Origin: Stegostoma tigrinum
Taxonomy: Eukaryota
Reading direction: 5' to 3'
Length of the DNA: 64,000 nt
NCBI RefSeq assembly: GCF_030684315.1
Contig: NC_081366.1
Span: forward strand, 9,863,410 to 9,927,409
Part shown: piece after piece, positions 12,577-25,899 of the stretch
How the letters are laid out: every line of letters begins with the position of its first letter
Numbering within the stretch: position 1 is the stretch's first letter
The notes under the pieces: model-generated
Database searches by the model: none
Told to the model about the DNA's origin: nothing
Seen by the model: only the letters and a program-made list of their open reading frames with translations
Position numbers and translations under genes: made by a program

Positions 12577-12628
12577 ATTGGCTGTTCAATGACTCACTAG
12601 TTGTTAGGGAAAGACTTTCAGCTGAGAT
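12577..12628 (-). promoter_or_regulatory. S-X1-X2-Y-like module 3
   Basis: ATTGG-8-TGACTCA-3-GTTGTTAGG-14-TGAGAT; - strand X1 CCTAACAACTAGTG versus HLA-DRA CCTAGCAACAGATG. Confidence 0.7.
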
Positions 12629-12902
12629 TTTTTTTTGGAGTGACATGGCGGTGAGAGGTGAGCCGTTTCCTCTGGATTGCACAGACTTGCCAGCAACACA
12701 GCAGCCTACTGCATCTGTTTCACTTTTGGCTCAGTGGTGTTATTGCCAGGCTATGAAATCAAAGACCCAGGTAATGTTCAGCCTGAGACCCTGAGTTCAA
12801 ATCTTGTGCTGATAGAGTTTGAATCCAACAATAAACTGGAATTAAGAATCTAATGATGACCAAGAATCTATTGTCAGGAAAAACAAATCTGTTCTCTAAT
12901 AA

Positions 12903-13085
12903 GAGATAGTAGGAACTGCCAATGCTAGAGAATCTGAGATAACAAGGTGTACAGCTGGATGAACACAGCAGGCCAAGCAGCATTTCTTTTCTGAAGAAGG
13001 GTCCAGACCCAAAACGTCAGCTTTCCTGCTCCTCTGATGCTGCCTAGCCTGCTGTGTTCATTCAGCTCTACACTTTGTTATCTCT
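12903..13085. mobile_element. Fold-back mini-Penelope
   Basis: Inverted terminal arms; gttctcta repeated on both flanks. Confidence 0.75.
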
Positions 13086-13159
13086 AGTTCTCTACTGCCC
13101 TTTAGAGAAGGAAATCTGCCATCCTTACCTAGTCTGGACTACGCATGACCCCAGACTCA

Positions 13160-13640
13160 CAGCAATGTGGTCTGTCAACCACAACTAACAGAACCAACAT
13201 TATTTACAGGATACCACGCAAAGACGGCCAAAAGCATTACATATGGCAATCTGGAAGGAAACTAGCCACGAGGATTCATGAACACCAACTAGTTACCAAG
13301 AGACATGACCAACTATCACTCATTTCAATACATATGGACACAGAGGGACATCAATTCGACTGGGACAATGTAGACATCCTAGGACAAGCTAAGCAAAGGC
13401 AAGCACGAGAATTCCTGGAGGCCTGGCACTCAAACTGGAACTCCATTAACAAGCCTAGCAACCACTAAGAAACAAATCTGGAAGTGATGCCAACCATCCC
13501 AGCAAACCGAGACAAATAACAAGCAGGACAGAAAACCCATGCTTCACCGGATGTGGATTGCGGGGGGGGCGCACACCAATGATGTTACCTAGTACGGTGA
13601 TGAGTGATAGTTGGTCATTGTTGAGCAAGTCAACAACTAC
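13160..13640 (+). mobile_element. Old Penelope-like GIY-YIG fragment of a different family
   Basis: ORF 13145..13468 NIIYRIP...HYIWQSGRKLATRIHEH...AREFLEAWHS is a degenerate GIY-YIG domain. Confidence 0.75.
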
Positions 13641-13789
13641 AATGTGGTTGACTCTTAACTGCCCTCTGGCCAGTTAGAGATGGGCAATAAATACTGGCTT
13701 AACCAGCGATGCCCACATTCCATGAATAAATCAGGAAAGGAAAGCTCTATATACTTGAGCCCTCAAATCTAGGGCTGACACTCAGTGCA

Positions 13790-16700
13790 GGACTGAGCCT
13801 GGCCAGGTGATCAAAGTTTCAGTGGGTGAACATTTTGGAATTAGTGACTATAAATCAGTAAGGTTTAAGATAATTGCAGATAAGTCAAAAACTGGTTCTC
13901 AGGTGAAAGTGTTAAAGTGGGGGATGTTAATTACAACACAATTAGGCAGGAACTGGAGATATTAGATTGGGGCAGAAGATTAAGGGTAAACGCATACCTG
14001 ATATGTGGGAATCTTGTAAAGACCAGTTGATCAGAGTTCAGGACCAGCATGCTCCTATGAGGGTGACAGGTAAGGATGGTAGGAACCTTGAATGACAAGC
14101 AATATTGAAAGTTTAGTCAAAAAGTAAAAGGAAGCATCTGTAAGGTTCAGGAAACTGTAATCAGAAAAAAAAGCCAAAAGAACTGTGGATGCTGTAAATC
14201 AGGAACAAAGACAGAGTTGCTGAAAAAGCTCAGCAGGTCTGGCAGCATCTGTGAAGGAAAAAAACAGTTAATGTTTCAGGTCCGGTGACCCTTCCTCAGA
14301 ACTGAGGTAATAAAAAAGGCCCTTTGATGAATATAAAGGAAGCAGGAAGGAACTTAAATAAGGAATTAAGAGGGCAAAATGTGGCCATGAAATGTCCTTG
14401 GCAAGTAGGATTAATAAGGTTCCCAAGGCATTTCATACACATATTAGGAGCAAGAGGGTAGATACAGAAACAGTAGGTCCACTGGAGGACGAAGGAAGGA
14501 ATTAATGCATGGACGCAGGGCAAATAGGCAAGGTCCTTAATGAGTACTTCGCATTGGTTTTCACCAGTGGGAAGGACATGGATAACAGTGAGATTAGGGA
14601 GGATTATAAAAACCAAAAGAACTGCAGATGCTTTGAATCAGAAACAAAAACAAAGTTGCTGGAAATGCTCAGCAGGTCTGGCAGCATCTGTGGAGAGAAA
14701 TCAGATTTAACGGGTTGAGTGACTCTTCCTGAGAACTGATGGTAGCCAGGAAAGAGTTGTCTTTTATGCTGAAGGTAGGGTGTGGGGAGACACTAAGGAT
14801 TTAACAATGGATGGCGAAGAAGAGAACAGTTGGACAGACAAACAAGCAGATAATGATCAGCCTAGGAGAATGGGGAAGTGTTCTGAGGAAGGGTCACCAG
14901 ACCCAAAACGTTAACTTTGATTTTTTTTCCTTCACAGATGCTGCCAGACCTGCTGATCTTTTCTAGCAACTTTATGTTCCTGATTTGCAGCGTCTGCAGT
15001 TCTTTCGGGGTTTTATTTAGAACATGTCTCAAGCCCTAAAACTGTTGAGGTTGATATTGAGCCTAGAAGGCTGTAGAGTTCCCAGCAGAAAGTGAGGTGT
15101 TGTTCTTTCAGCTTATGCGGAGCACTGCTGAAGGGTAATGTTGCTGTTCTAGGGCATGTTGATGTCAAGAAGTATGAGGTGTTGGGTGCCTTGAAAAACA
15201 AGAGGTAAATAAGTTCTTAAGGCTTGATTGGATCTATCCCAGGATACTGAGGGAGGCAAAGAAGAGATATGCCTGGAGGTAGTAGGAACTGCCGATGCTG
15301 GAGAATCTGAGAGAACAAGGTGTAGAGCTGGATGAATGCAGCAGGCCAAGCAGCATCAGAGGAGCAGGAAAGCTGACATTTCGGGTCTGTTCTGAAGAAG
15401 ATAATTAAAGATAATTAAGGGATTGGACACTCTGGAGGCAGGAAGCAGGTTTCCGTTGATGGGTGAGCCCAGAACCAGAGGACACAGTTTAAAAATAAGG
15501 GCTAGGCCATTTAGAGCAGAGTTGAGGAAAAACTTCTTCACCCAGAGAGTGGTGGATATATGGAATGCTCTGCCCCAGAAGGCAGCGGAGGCCAAGTCTC
15601 TGGATACTTACAAGAAAGAGATAGATAGAGCTCTTAAAGATAGTGGAATCAAGGGTTATGGGGATAAGCCAGGAATCAGGATACTGATTGTGGCTGATCA
15701 GCCATGATCATAATGAATGGTGGTGCTGGCTCGAACGCCGAATGGCCTACTCCAGCACCTATTGTCTATCGTCTATTGTCTCTGATTCTGCTTGGCCTGC
15801 TGTGTTCCTCCAGCTCCACACTGTGTTATCTCAAGTGATTGCCAGGTTTTGATAGACATCTTTGTATTTTCTTTCACTGTGGACAAGGTACCAGAGGACT
15901 GGAGAATAGTCAGTACAGTTCCTTTGTAGACAGTGGTTTTCTGCATGGATCAGTGCTGGAACATCTGTTGCTTGTAATATTTATAAATGTTTGGGTTAAA
16001 AAGTCAGTGATCTGAATGGGATGGCAAGGACTGCAAATGCTGGAGTCAGGGATTAAACAGTATGGAGCTGGAGGAACACAGCAGGCCAGGCAGCATCAGA
16101 GGAGCGGGAAAGCTGACGTTTCGGTCGGCACCTTTCTTCACGAATAGGATTTCCGAAGAAGGGTCCTGTCTGGAAATGTTAGCTTTCCTGTTCCTCTGAT
16201 GCTGCCTGGCCTGGTTTGTTCATCCAGCCCCTCACTTTGGTGTGCTGACTGGTAAGTTTGCAGACAACATGAAAATTGGTGGAGTTGTGGATTGTTAGGA
16301 AGGTTGGAAATGGATCAGTTGGAAAGTTGAGTGGAGAAATGGCAGAGATGATGCATTTTTGGGAGGTCAAATGAAAGAGGAAAGTATACGGTAAAAGGCA
16401 GGACCCTGAGGAGCATTGACTTACAGAGGGATCTTGGGGTGCGAGCCTGTAGCTCCCTGCAAGTGGCTACCCAAGTGGGTAAAGAAAGTGATAAAGGAGG
16501 TGTACAGTGTGCTTGCTTTCATCGGTCGGGACATTGTATATAAAAACAGGCAAATCATCTTGCAGCTGCATAAAAGTTTAATTCGGCCACGTTAGAGTTT
16601 TGTGTGCAATTCTGGTCACGACGTTACAGAAAGGTGTCGAGACTTTGGGGAGGGTGCAAAAACAGTTTATCAGGATGCTGCCTGGATTGAAGTGTGTTAG

Positions 16701-17950
16701 CTGTAAGGAGAGGCCTGGCAAAGTTGGATTGTTTTTGCTGGTGACGAAGGATGCTGTAGGTTGCAGAGAGACATAGATAAGCTGCAGAGCTGGGCTGAGA
16801 GGTGGCTAATGGAGTTTAATGCAGACAAGTGTGAGGTGATGCACTTTGGTAGGAGTAACCAGAAGGCAAAGTACTGGGCTAATGGTAAGATTCTTGGTAG
16901 TGTAGATGAGCAGAGAGATCTCAGTGTCCATGTACACAGATCCTTGAAAGTTGCCACCCAGGTTGACAGGACTGTTAAGAAGGCATACAGTGTTTTAGCT
17001 TTTATTAACAGAGGGATCGAGTTCCGGAACCAAGAGGTTATGCTGCAGCTGTACAAAACTCTGGTGCGGCCGCACTTGGAGTATTGCATACAGTTCTGGT
17101 CACCGCATTATAAGAAGGATGTGGAAGCTTTGGAAAGGGTGCAGAGGAGATTTACTAGGATGTTGCCTGGTATGGAGGGAAGGTCTTACGAGGAAAGGCT
17201 GAGGGACTTGAGGCTGTTTTCATTAGAGAGAAGAAGGTTGAGAGGTGACTTAAAATAATCAGAGGGTTAGATAGGGTGGATAGGGAGAGCCTTTTTCCTA
17301 GGATGGTGACGGCGAGCACGAGGGGGCATAGCTTTAAATTGAGGGGTGAAAGATAGAGGACAGATGTCAGAGGTAGTTTCTTTACTCAGAGAGTAGTCAG
17401 GGAATGGAACGCTTTGCCTGCAATGGTAGTAGATTCACCAACTTTAGGTACATTTAAGCCCTCATTGGACAAGCATATGGACGTACATGGAATAGTGTAG
17501 GTTAGATGGGCTTGAGATCGGTATGACAGGTCGGCACAACATCGAGGGCCAAAGGGCCTGTACTGTGCTATAATGTTCTATGTTCTATGCTGGACCATTG
17601 AAGGCTGAGGAGTGGCCTGATAATAAATTACAAGAGGCATGGATAAGGTGGATAGTTGGCATCTTTTCCCCAGGGTGGAAATGTCACGTACTGGGGTGTT
17701 TAAGGTGAGCGAGGAAGGTTTAAAAGGAGATGCGTGAGGTAAGGTCTTTTACACAGAGAGTGGTAGGTGCCTGGAATGCACTGTTAGGAGAAGTGGCAGA
17801 AGCAAAATGATAGCAATGTTTAAGACACATGAGCAGGCAGAGAGCGGAGGAGTATGGACCATGTGCGTCAGATGGGATTAGTTTAGAATGGCATCAGGGT
17901 TGGCACAGATATGGTGGGCTGAAGGGCCATGCTGTACTGTTCCATGTTCT
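13790..17950 (+). mobile_element. Old degraded CR1 with several nested Penelope and CR1 insertions
   Basis: Colinear CR1 ORF2 pieces split by Penelope terminal fragments (~14170-14300, 14610-15130, 15279-15832, 16027-16240) and CR1 3' pieces (~15410-15780, 16742-17587). Confidence 0.8.
16742..17587 (+). mobile_element. Young 5'-truncated CR1
   Basis: ORF 16761..17258 (KCEVMHFG, LVRPHLEYC, ERVQRRFTRMLP); (TGTTCTA)n tail; TGCTGG at 16736-16741 and 17588-17593; near-identical to 60998-61666. Confidence 0.92.
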
Positions 17951-18642
17951 ATTTGTTTCAAAATATTTTGAGGTATGTAGAAATGTACAAAGAAAAGAGT
18001 AAGTAAAAAATAGAGATAGCAGGAACTGCCGATGCTGGAAAATCTGAGATAACAAGGTACAGAGCTGGATGAACACAGCAGGCCTAGACCCTTCTTCAGA
18101 AAGCAAAACATCAGCTTTCCTGCTCCTCTGATGCTGCTTTGCCTGCTGTGTTCATCCAGCTCTACACCTTGTTATCTCAAATAAAAAAATAGAGTTCTGT
18201 TTTAACGTTCCTCTGATTTTTCTCCAAGGTATCACATGGTAATTTCCTGGAAATTGATCATTAATTCCTGGAGATTCCAGCCTGAGGACCGTATTTACCT
18301 CTAAGCTTATCATCTTGAATGGTAGAACAGGCTCAAAGGGCTGAATGGCCTACTCAGGCTCCCATTTTCTATTTTTGTTGGAAAGGACAGACCAAGCCTG
18401 GTACCCTCCCCCCACACGTCTTAAAAGGTGAGTTGAACAACCGACCTTCAGAGCTTCCAACCCCACCCCCCAGCCAAGCAGAGCGCCGCTCCTAAGTGGC
18501 AGAGAAACAAAATCTCCTTCAAATATTTCCTGCTCGCAGCCACAAAAGATTTTAAAAAAAGCTCTGCTGACTAGTTAAAACATCGGAGTTGTGAAAAGGG
18601 GGGTGGAGGATTAGGAGGAGAAGACACAGTGGCTGGGCACTG

Positions 18643-18697
18643 GTTGGTCAGCCGTGAGTGAGTCACCTGTTTCCAAGGAAAGGTTCCTCTGTGAGGC
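18643..18697 (-). promoter_or_regulatory. S-X1-X2-Y-like module 4 (degenerate Y)
   Basis: GTTGG-11-TGAGTCA-3-GTTTCCAAG-14-TGAGGC; - strand X1 CTTGGAAACAGGTG; shares a downstream gat(T)nggag with module 3. Confidence 0.55.
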
Positions 18698-19007
18698 TCG
18701 ATTTTTTTTGGAGCTTCACTCAACTGCTAATGGATTTCCATTTGTCATAACAACACGCTATGGTTTGCGTTATTGTAACTGACCAGAGTGTGGTTGAATA
18801 GGGACAGACCCGGCCCATTTGGCTCGGCTGGTCTAAAGGCAGGCTTGCCTTTGTATAGCACCTTCCCCATCTCAAAGCACTTTGACGCCAGCAAAGTAGT
18901 GGGGGTCGTCGCTTCGGTGAGCAGCTGTCCCTTTGCACACAGCAAGCTCCCACAGTGGGGGGTCGATCGAGGGGAAAGCATCTGCCCGGTACATTAGGGA
19001 GAACTAG

Positions 19008-19335
19008 GGGTGGCACAGTGGCTCAGTGGTTCGCACTGCTGCCTCACAGAGCCACGGACCCGGGTTCAATGCCCCACTGCTCCCTCCCCCCGTCAGGTGA
19101 CTGTCTGTATGGAGTTTGCACATTCTCCCTGTGTTTCCTCCCACAGCCCAAAGATTAGAGTGGATTGGCAGTGGGAAATTGTCCGGGGGTGTTCAGGCTA
19201 GATGGATTGGCCATGGGAAATGCAAGGTTACCTGGGTAGGATAGGGGAGCAGGTTTGGGTGGGCTGCTCTTGAGTGTGTCAGTATGGACTCAATGGGCTG
19301 AGTAACTTGCTTTAACACTGTGGGGACTCTATGAA
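19008..19335 (+). mobile_element. HE1-like SINE
   Basis: ggcacagtggctcagtggttcgcactgctgcctcacag...cccgggttcaat head. Confidence 0.8.
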
Positions 19336-19937
19336 CTCTGCCACCTTTCTTCAAAAACAGTCACACGGGGATGTTCTACAGCTATCTGTGAGGGTAAATG
19401 GGCCGCACTATCCCAGCCTATGCTCAAATTAAGCTTTATTGCTTTCCTCTTCATTTAACTTTGCCTACAATATCTTTGTCCCTGACTTCCTTCTGCATTT
19501 ATCTAAATTCCCCTTCAATGCAGCTCACCACAAATATTCCCGGTAATACTAAGTTCCACATTCTAAGGGATCTTACTCTGGGCTCTGTGAACCTTGATTA
19601 TTAAGGAAGTATTTCAAAGCAACAAGGAGGATGCAGAAGGAATTCAATAATTACATGCATTTATTTAATGCCATTCATTTAGTAAAAGATTTCCCAAGGT
19701 AATTTAAAATCTGAGGTGATGTTGGAAGGCGATCTTAAGGAGGGGAACTAAGATTGTCATGAGAGATTTAAGGGAGGAAGAAGAGTTACAGGGATTGAAG
19801 TAAATGGTTATGGAGGGTATTCCAAAGTGTGGGGACTTAGTACCGTAAGGCAGGACAACCACTAGTGAGATGTTAGAAAACAGACGTACCGAAGTGACCA
19901 GAATTCAATGAAGGTAAATCTCAGAAGGTAAATCTCC

Positions 19938-21190
19938 GTTGTCGACAGGGCCTCAAACGGGTCCGACCTATCTCCTGCACTTCTGCCCTCACCCCTTCAC
20001 TTCCCTCCCGCAACAGTGACAGGGTTCCCCTTATCCTCACCTACCATCCCACCAGCATCCACATCCGGAAGATCATCAGACTCCACTTCCGCCACCTCCA
20101 GCGAGATGCCACCGCCAGACACATATTCTCCTCCCCTCCCTTGTCCACCTTCTGCAGGGACCGTTCCCTCCGGGACATGCTAGTCCACACTTCCTTCAGC
20201 CCCAACACCTCCCCACAGCCCTATGTCACCTTCCCCTGTAACCAGCGAAGGGACAACACCTGCCCATTTACCTCCTCCCTCCCCAGTGTCCAAGGGCACA
20301 AACATACCTTCCAGGTGAGGCAACACTTCACCTGCACTTCCCACAATCTAGTCTACTGCATTCACTGCTCACAATGTGGTCTCCTCTACATTAGGGAAAC
20401 GAAGCGTAGACTTGGGACTGCTTCGCAGAACATCTACGTTCTGCTCGCAAAAAAGACCCTGTTGCCTGCCACTTCAACGCACCACCCTGTTCCCTGGCCA
20501 ACATCTGTGGTTCTGGCTTGCTGTATTGTTCCAGTGAAGCCCAGCACAAGCTGGAGGGAACAACACCTCATTTTCCGCTTGGGGACCCTACAGCCCTCCA
20601 GACTGAATACTGAGTTCAATAATATTAGGGCCTAAGCTCTCCCATGTCCCAGTCCCCCACCCCACACACCAGGCCTTGTTACCACATAGCCTGCCATTAC
20701 ACACCCTCTAGTGTTAGTCACTAACAGTCCCCATTAACAATTACTCACCCTCCCAGCCTAATCGTTAGCAACTCCTTTGTCTGTCCAACTGTCTTTCTCT
20801 GTCTTTGGGGTCTATCTTATCATTTACTCTTTACACAGAGAGTTGTGAGAGCATGGAATGCGTTGCCAGCAGCAGTTATGGAAGCAAGGTCATTGGGTTC
20901 ATTTAAGAGACTGCTGGACATGCATATGGTCACAGAAATTTGAGGGTGCATACATGAGGATCAATGGTCGGCACAACATCGTGCGCTGAAGGGCCTGTTC
21001 TGTGCTGTACTGTTCTATGTTCTATTTACTCCCTACCCCACCCACCTCCTTATTTTCTTCATATAAACTGACATTTTCCCAGCCACCATCAGTTCTGAGG
21101 AAGGGTCACCGGACCCGAAATGTTAACTCTGTTTTCTCCTCCACAGATGCTGCCAGACCTGCCGAGCTTTTCCAGCAACTTCTGTTTTTG
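19938..21190 (+). mobile_element. Older Penelope-like element with a nested CR1 3' fragment (~20829-21024)
   Basis: ORF 20141..20635 NLVYCIHCSQCGLLYIRETKRRL; hammerhead-type terminus at 21091. Confidence 0.85.
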
Positions 21191-22076
21191 TAAATCTCAG
21201 TACGTTGGTCTTTATTATTGGATAGGTCACTGGCATGGCTTGACTTGAAGCCCATCCCTAATTTCCCCTCTATTGAATGGCATTTCTAAGGGCAATTGAG
21301 AGTCAATCATATTGAATTAGGGTTGGAGTCACATAGAGGTCAGACTGGGCAAGGGCAACTGATTTCCTTCCTCTATTTTGAACCAGATGGGTCTTTACAA
21401 TTAATCATTGATATACTCATTTAGGAAAACCTCCATTTTTCAAATTAGTCAACTAATCTCACCATGTCACACAGTGTTTACCTGTAATCCCTGTAGCCTG
21501 GGTCTCTGGGTTACTAGTTTGGATATTTTATAACTCTTGTTGTGGGATTGGAGGAGATTATGGAGATATGCAAAGGCCTGTCTGTGGTCCTGAAGACTGT
21601 GCCAACTGAACAATGAGACCAAATCAGAGTCTCTAGTATCTCATGAATAAATTTGTTTTTAAAAAGCAACTTGCTCAAGGCCAGTAATGTTGAGAGCAGC
21701 ATTTGACTCCTGAGATTCTATATGGGTCCTGGCAGGATGAGCAAAGGCATCACAAAGCCATAACACCCCAGTAATGTCCACACACGTAATATTTACAATT
21801 GGATGCACAAATCAAGACTTGATTTTCCATTGTGAATAGGATGATGCTTACCTCAACCATGACCAAGTGAATTTTTTGCTGAATACTCATCCATCAAAGC
21901 AACAAAACAATACATTCCCATACAATATTATGTGTTTAAATTCTGCCTCCCTATGTCTTGGAACGATCATTAACAGATATTTTTCTTGACTTCTCTTGTT
22001 GTCCTCCTTCATGGCTTAGTGGACTAATGTCTATTAACCATCCAGCGCACTCACACAGCAGCTCCTGCCATTAGTT

Positions 22077-22385
22077 ATGGTGGCTCAATGGTTAGCACTG
22101 CTACCTCACACAGCTCCAGGAACTTGCGTTCGATTCCAGCCTCGGGTGACTGTCTGCGTGGAGTTTGCATGTTCTCCCCGTGTCTGCGTAGGTTTCCTCC
22201 CACAGTCTGAAAATGTATAGGTTAAGTGGATTGGCCAAGCTAAATTTCCCATAATGTCCAAGGATGTGTAGGTTAGGTGGATTAGCCAAGGGGAATGCAG
22301 GGTTAGTTTTGGGTGGGATGTTCTTGAGAAGGTCAATGAAGGCTTGATGGGCTGAAAGGCCTTCTCCTACACTGTAGGGATCCTT
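22077..22385 (+). mobile_element. HE1-like SINE
   Basis: ggtggctcaatggttagcactgctacctcacacagc...gttcgattccagcctcgggtgactgtctg. Confidence 0.8.
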
Positions 22386-24750
22386 TGATACTATAAAGTG
22401 GAGAGATTGAGTGAATCTGGCCCTCACATTGCCTCAGGTTTAGAGATCATTGAGACCTGATCTCCTCGGAAATGTATAACGTTCTTAGGGTAGATACTGA
22501 GTAAAATGCCCCCCTCTGGCAGAGATATCACACATGTGGGCTCACACCCTCAGGATAAGGGGATGGCATTTAGGATCTGGATGGATGGGATTGTAATTAC
22601 TTCACTCAAAGGGTTGTGAATCTTTGGAATTCTTTTGTGAACTGCTCAGTCATTGAGTTTGTTCAAGATACAAGGCAACAGATTTTTGAACACTAATAGA
22701 ATGGAGGAAAATGGGGATAATGCAGGAAAGTGGATCAACCCTGATCCTATTGAATGATGGAGCAGGCCCAAGGGGCTGAACAGCCTATTTCCAACTCCTT
22801 CATAATCTGTGCTTTATTCTAACAGAGCAGAAACAAAACAGGGCTAGACAGGGAAATGAGACTTACTTGAAATAGAACACACACAAGCCACTGCCTTGAC
22901 TGTTCTTTTGTGCTTATTGGCTCAACAAGACTTTGAAAGAAGGTGGGGGAGGGTATGGGGGTGTTTACTTGTTAAGATTGTCAGTGCTATTCTCTGGTGG
23001 GAAGGGGATGGAAGTCAGATGAGTTGCTAGTGCAATGGTGCAGCCTCTCTGGCCAGGATACAGCGATACAGAATATTTTTACTTCACCACAGTCCCCTCG
23101 GCTACTTGCTCTTCTTTAGCGTAGCATCAAACTTACCCTGCACTGTTAAAGCAGTGTCGGTGTTACCAGAAGCACAGAGATTGGTGCATGCCTATCAATG
23201 TGCATAAAAACTGAAAGCGGAAGCTATAAATCAGGAACAAAAACAGAAGTTTCTGGAAATGCTGATCAAGTCTGGCAGCATCTGTGAAGAAAAAAAATGA
23301 GAGCTAATGCTTCGGGTCTGGTGACTGAGGAAGGGTCACCGGTCCTGAGACGTTAAATATAAATCTTCACTGTGTGTTGTCAAACTGAAAGCAGCTCCTC
23401 TTTCTTCAATCTGAAAGGCTGCCACTCCTCTGTTCTCCCCTGGAACCTCCTGAAAATTCAATGCCTACAGTCTAAAATGAGATCATGCCTGATGTGTGAC
23501 CAAATGGAGCCTTTGCTTCAGATCGCTAATCAGGTTAGAAAAAGATACATAGAGAATAGTAGCAGCAGTAGGCCAACTGGCCCTTTCAGTCTGTACTGCC
23601 ATTCAATATGAACATGGCTAAACATCCAACTCAGTCCCTTGTTTCTGCTTTCTCCGCATATCCTTTGATCCCTTTGGCTCTGAAAACTATATCTAACATC
23701 TTCTTGAAAACATTCAATGTTTCGGCCTCAGCTGAGGAGAAGTTTCTTCTCATGTCGGTCCGAGATGGTCTGCCTCATATCTTTACCCCTGGGCCCAGAC
23801 TCCCTGGTCATCTGCCACATCCTTCCAGTGTTTTCCCTGCTAGAATTTTCTTGATTTCTATGAGATTCCCCCTCATTCTTCTAAACTCCACTGAATATAG
23901 TCTCAAATGATCCAATGCCTCTCTATACATCAGTCCTGGCACCCCAGGAATCAGTCTTGTTAAAAAAAGCCCATCAAACTCAGATTCAAAATCAACCATT
24001 GGTAGACATCAATTGCTGTTTGTCTTTGAGATTTCCAAATTTCTACCTTTCTTTGTGTGCAGATGTATGCCCTGGCTTGCCTTCTGAAATTTCTGGCTCT
24101 AAGGTTTTCCTCTATGTTCTCAGGACCTGATACATCAACCGACAGAATGAATTCTCATCTAATCAACCCTCTGTGTTCCCCTCGATAATGAGATCGCTAT
24201 CCCCTTCTCTTCTGTGGAGTTCGTATCCTTTCTGGAAATAGGACACCAAGTTTGATCTGAACTGCTGTCAATTTCTCTAACCCTGGTTCCCCTTGGGCTG
24301 AGGTTCCCCCTTCTTCTGAATTTACCCCAATTACATTGACCCCAGGGACTGAGACTCCTCCAATCTCACAGTGTGAAGCCGTCTGTCACTGGATACAGTA
24401 CCAAGCCTCAGCGCACAGACTTCCCTCCTGGTATACTCAGTGAGGGCAGTGGAGAGTGGAGGGAAGGGGATTCATGGGGACGGAACGGCAAAGGGACAGG
24501 TAGGAGCAATAGGTTTGGAGAAGACTGGAGACTAGAAGAGAGGCTGTGGGATGTGGGCATGGGCTTGGGGAGGTGAGTGATTGTAAAAGAGGATGTGCAA
24601 GAGGCTGGAGGGGGGAGGCTGTAGTGATGGGATGTACATAGAATCAAACCTAGAATCCTGCTCCTGCTATCCAGTGTTTCAAAAGAAAATGCGATCATGG
24701 GGGACCAGCTTGTACATGTTTAATTGCCTTGGGGTCCTGTATGGAAGACA

Positions 24751-25709
24751 GGGGTACGCAAGGTGTAGAGCTGGATGAACACAACAGGCCAAGCAGCGTA
24801 GAGGAACAGGAAGGCTAATATTTCAAGCCTACACCCTTCTTCAGAAATTGGGGAGGGGAAGGGGGTTCTGAAGTGAATAGGGAGAGATGGGGAGGTGGAT
24901 AGAAGATGGATAGCGGAGAAGATAGGTGGAGAGGAGACAGACAGGCCAAAGAGGCGGGGACGGACCAAGTAAAGATGAGTGTGGGTGGGGAGGTGGGGAG
25001 GAGATAGGTCAGTCCAGGGAGGATGGGCAGGTCACGGGGATGGGATAAGGTTAGTCGGTAGGAGATGGGGGGTAGGGCTTGAGGTGGGAGGAGGGGATAG
25101 GTGGGAGGAAGGACAGGTTAGGGAGGCAGGGATGAGCTGGGCTGGTTTTGGGATGCAGTGGGGGAAGGGGAGATTTTGAAGCTTATGAAGTCCACATTGA
25201 TACCATTGGGCTGCAGGGTTCCCAAGCGGAATATGAGTTGCTGTTCCTGCAACCTTCGGGTGGCATCATTGTGGCACTGCAGGAGGCCCAGGATGGACAT
25301 GTTGTCTGAGGAATGGGAGGGGGAGTGGAAATGGTTCGCGACTGGGAGGTGCAGTTGTTTGTTGCGAACTGAGCGGAGGTGTTCTGCAAAGCGGTCCCCA
25401 AGCCTCCGCTTGGTTTCCCCAATGTAGAGGAAGCCACACCATGTACAGCGGATACAGTATACCACATTGGCAGATGTGCAGGTGAGCATCTGCTTGATGT
25501 GGAAAGTCTTCTTGGGGCCTGTGATGGGGGTGAGGGAGGAGGTGTGGGGGCAAGTGTAGCACTTCCTGCGGTTGCAGGGAAAAGTGCCGGGTGTGGTGGG
25601 GCTGGAGGGGACTGTGGAGCGGACAAGGGAGTCACGGAGAGAGTGGTTCCCTCCAAAAAGCAGACTGGGGGCTATCTCAGATTCTCCCGCATCTGCAGTT
25701 CCTACTATC
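24751..25709 (-). mobile_element. Penelope-like element, 5'-truncated, with inverted terminal piece and 11-bp TSD
   Basis: GIY-YIG ORF 25118..25489; inverted tail at ~25672-25709; TATGGAAGACA at 24740-24750 and 25710-25720. Confidence 0.9.
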
Positions 25710-25899
25710 TATGGAAGACAATTTTCTTGACAGGGAAACCAGAGGGATTTTGGTGAGTGGGTAACTGTTGCCAGTCAGTGCCTAGAGAGAGCTGGGCACA
25801 AACAAAAACAGGTTACACAAGGTCTTATTGTGCCAGAGCCATTGAGAATAAGAGTGCACCCTCCCCCTGTGGTAAACTAAGTTTTAAAACAAGCTTATT

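Noticed and set aside
18241-18255. Palindromic GAS-like site AATTTCCTGGAAATT
   Set aside because: A single motif in sequence that resembles a decayed repeat; no independent support, although it is only ~400 bp from module 4.
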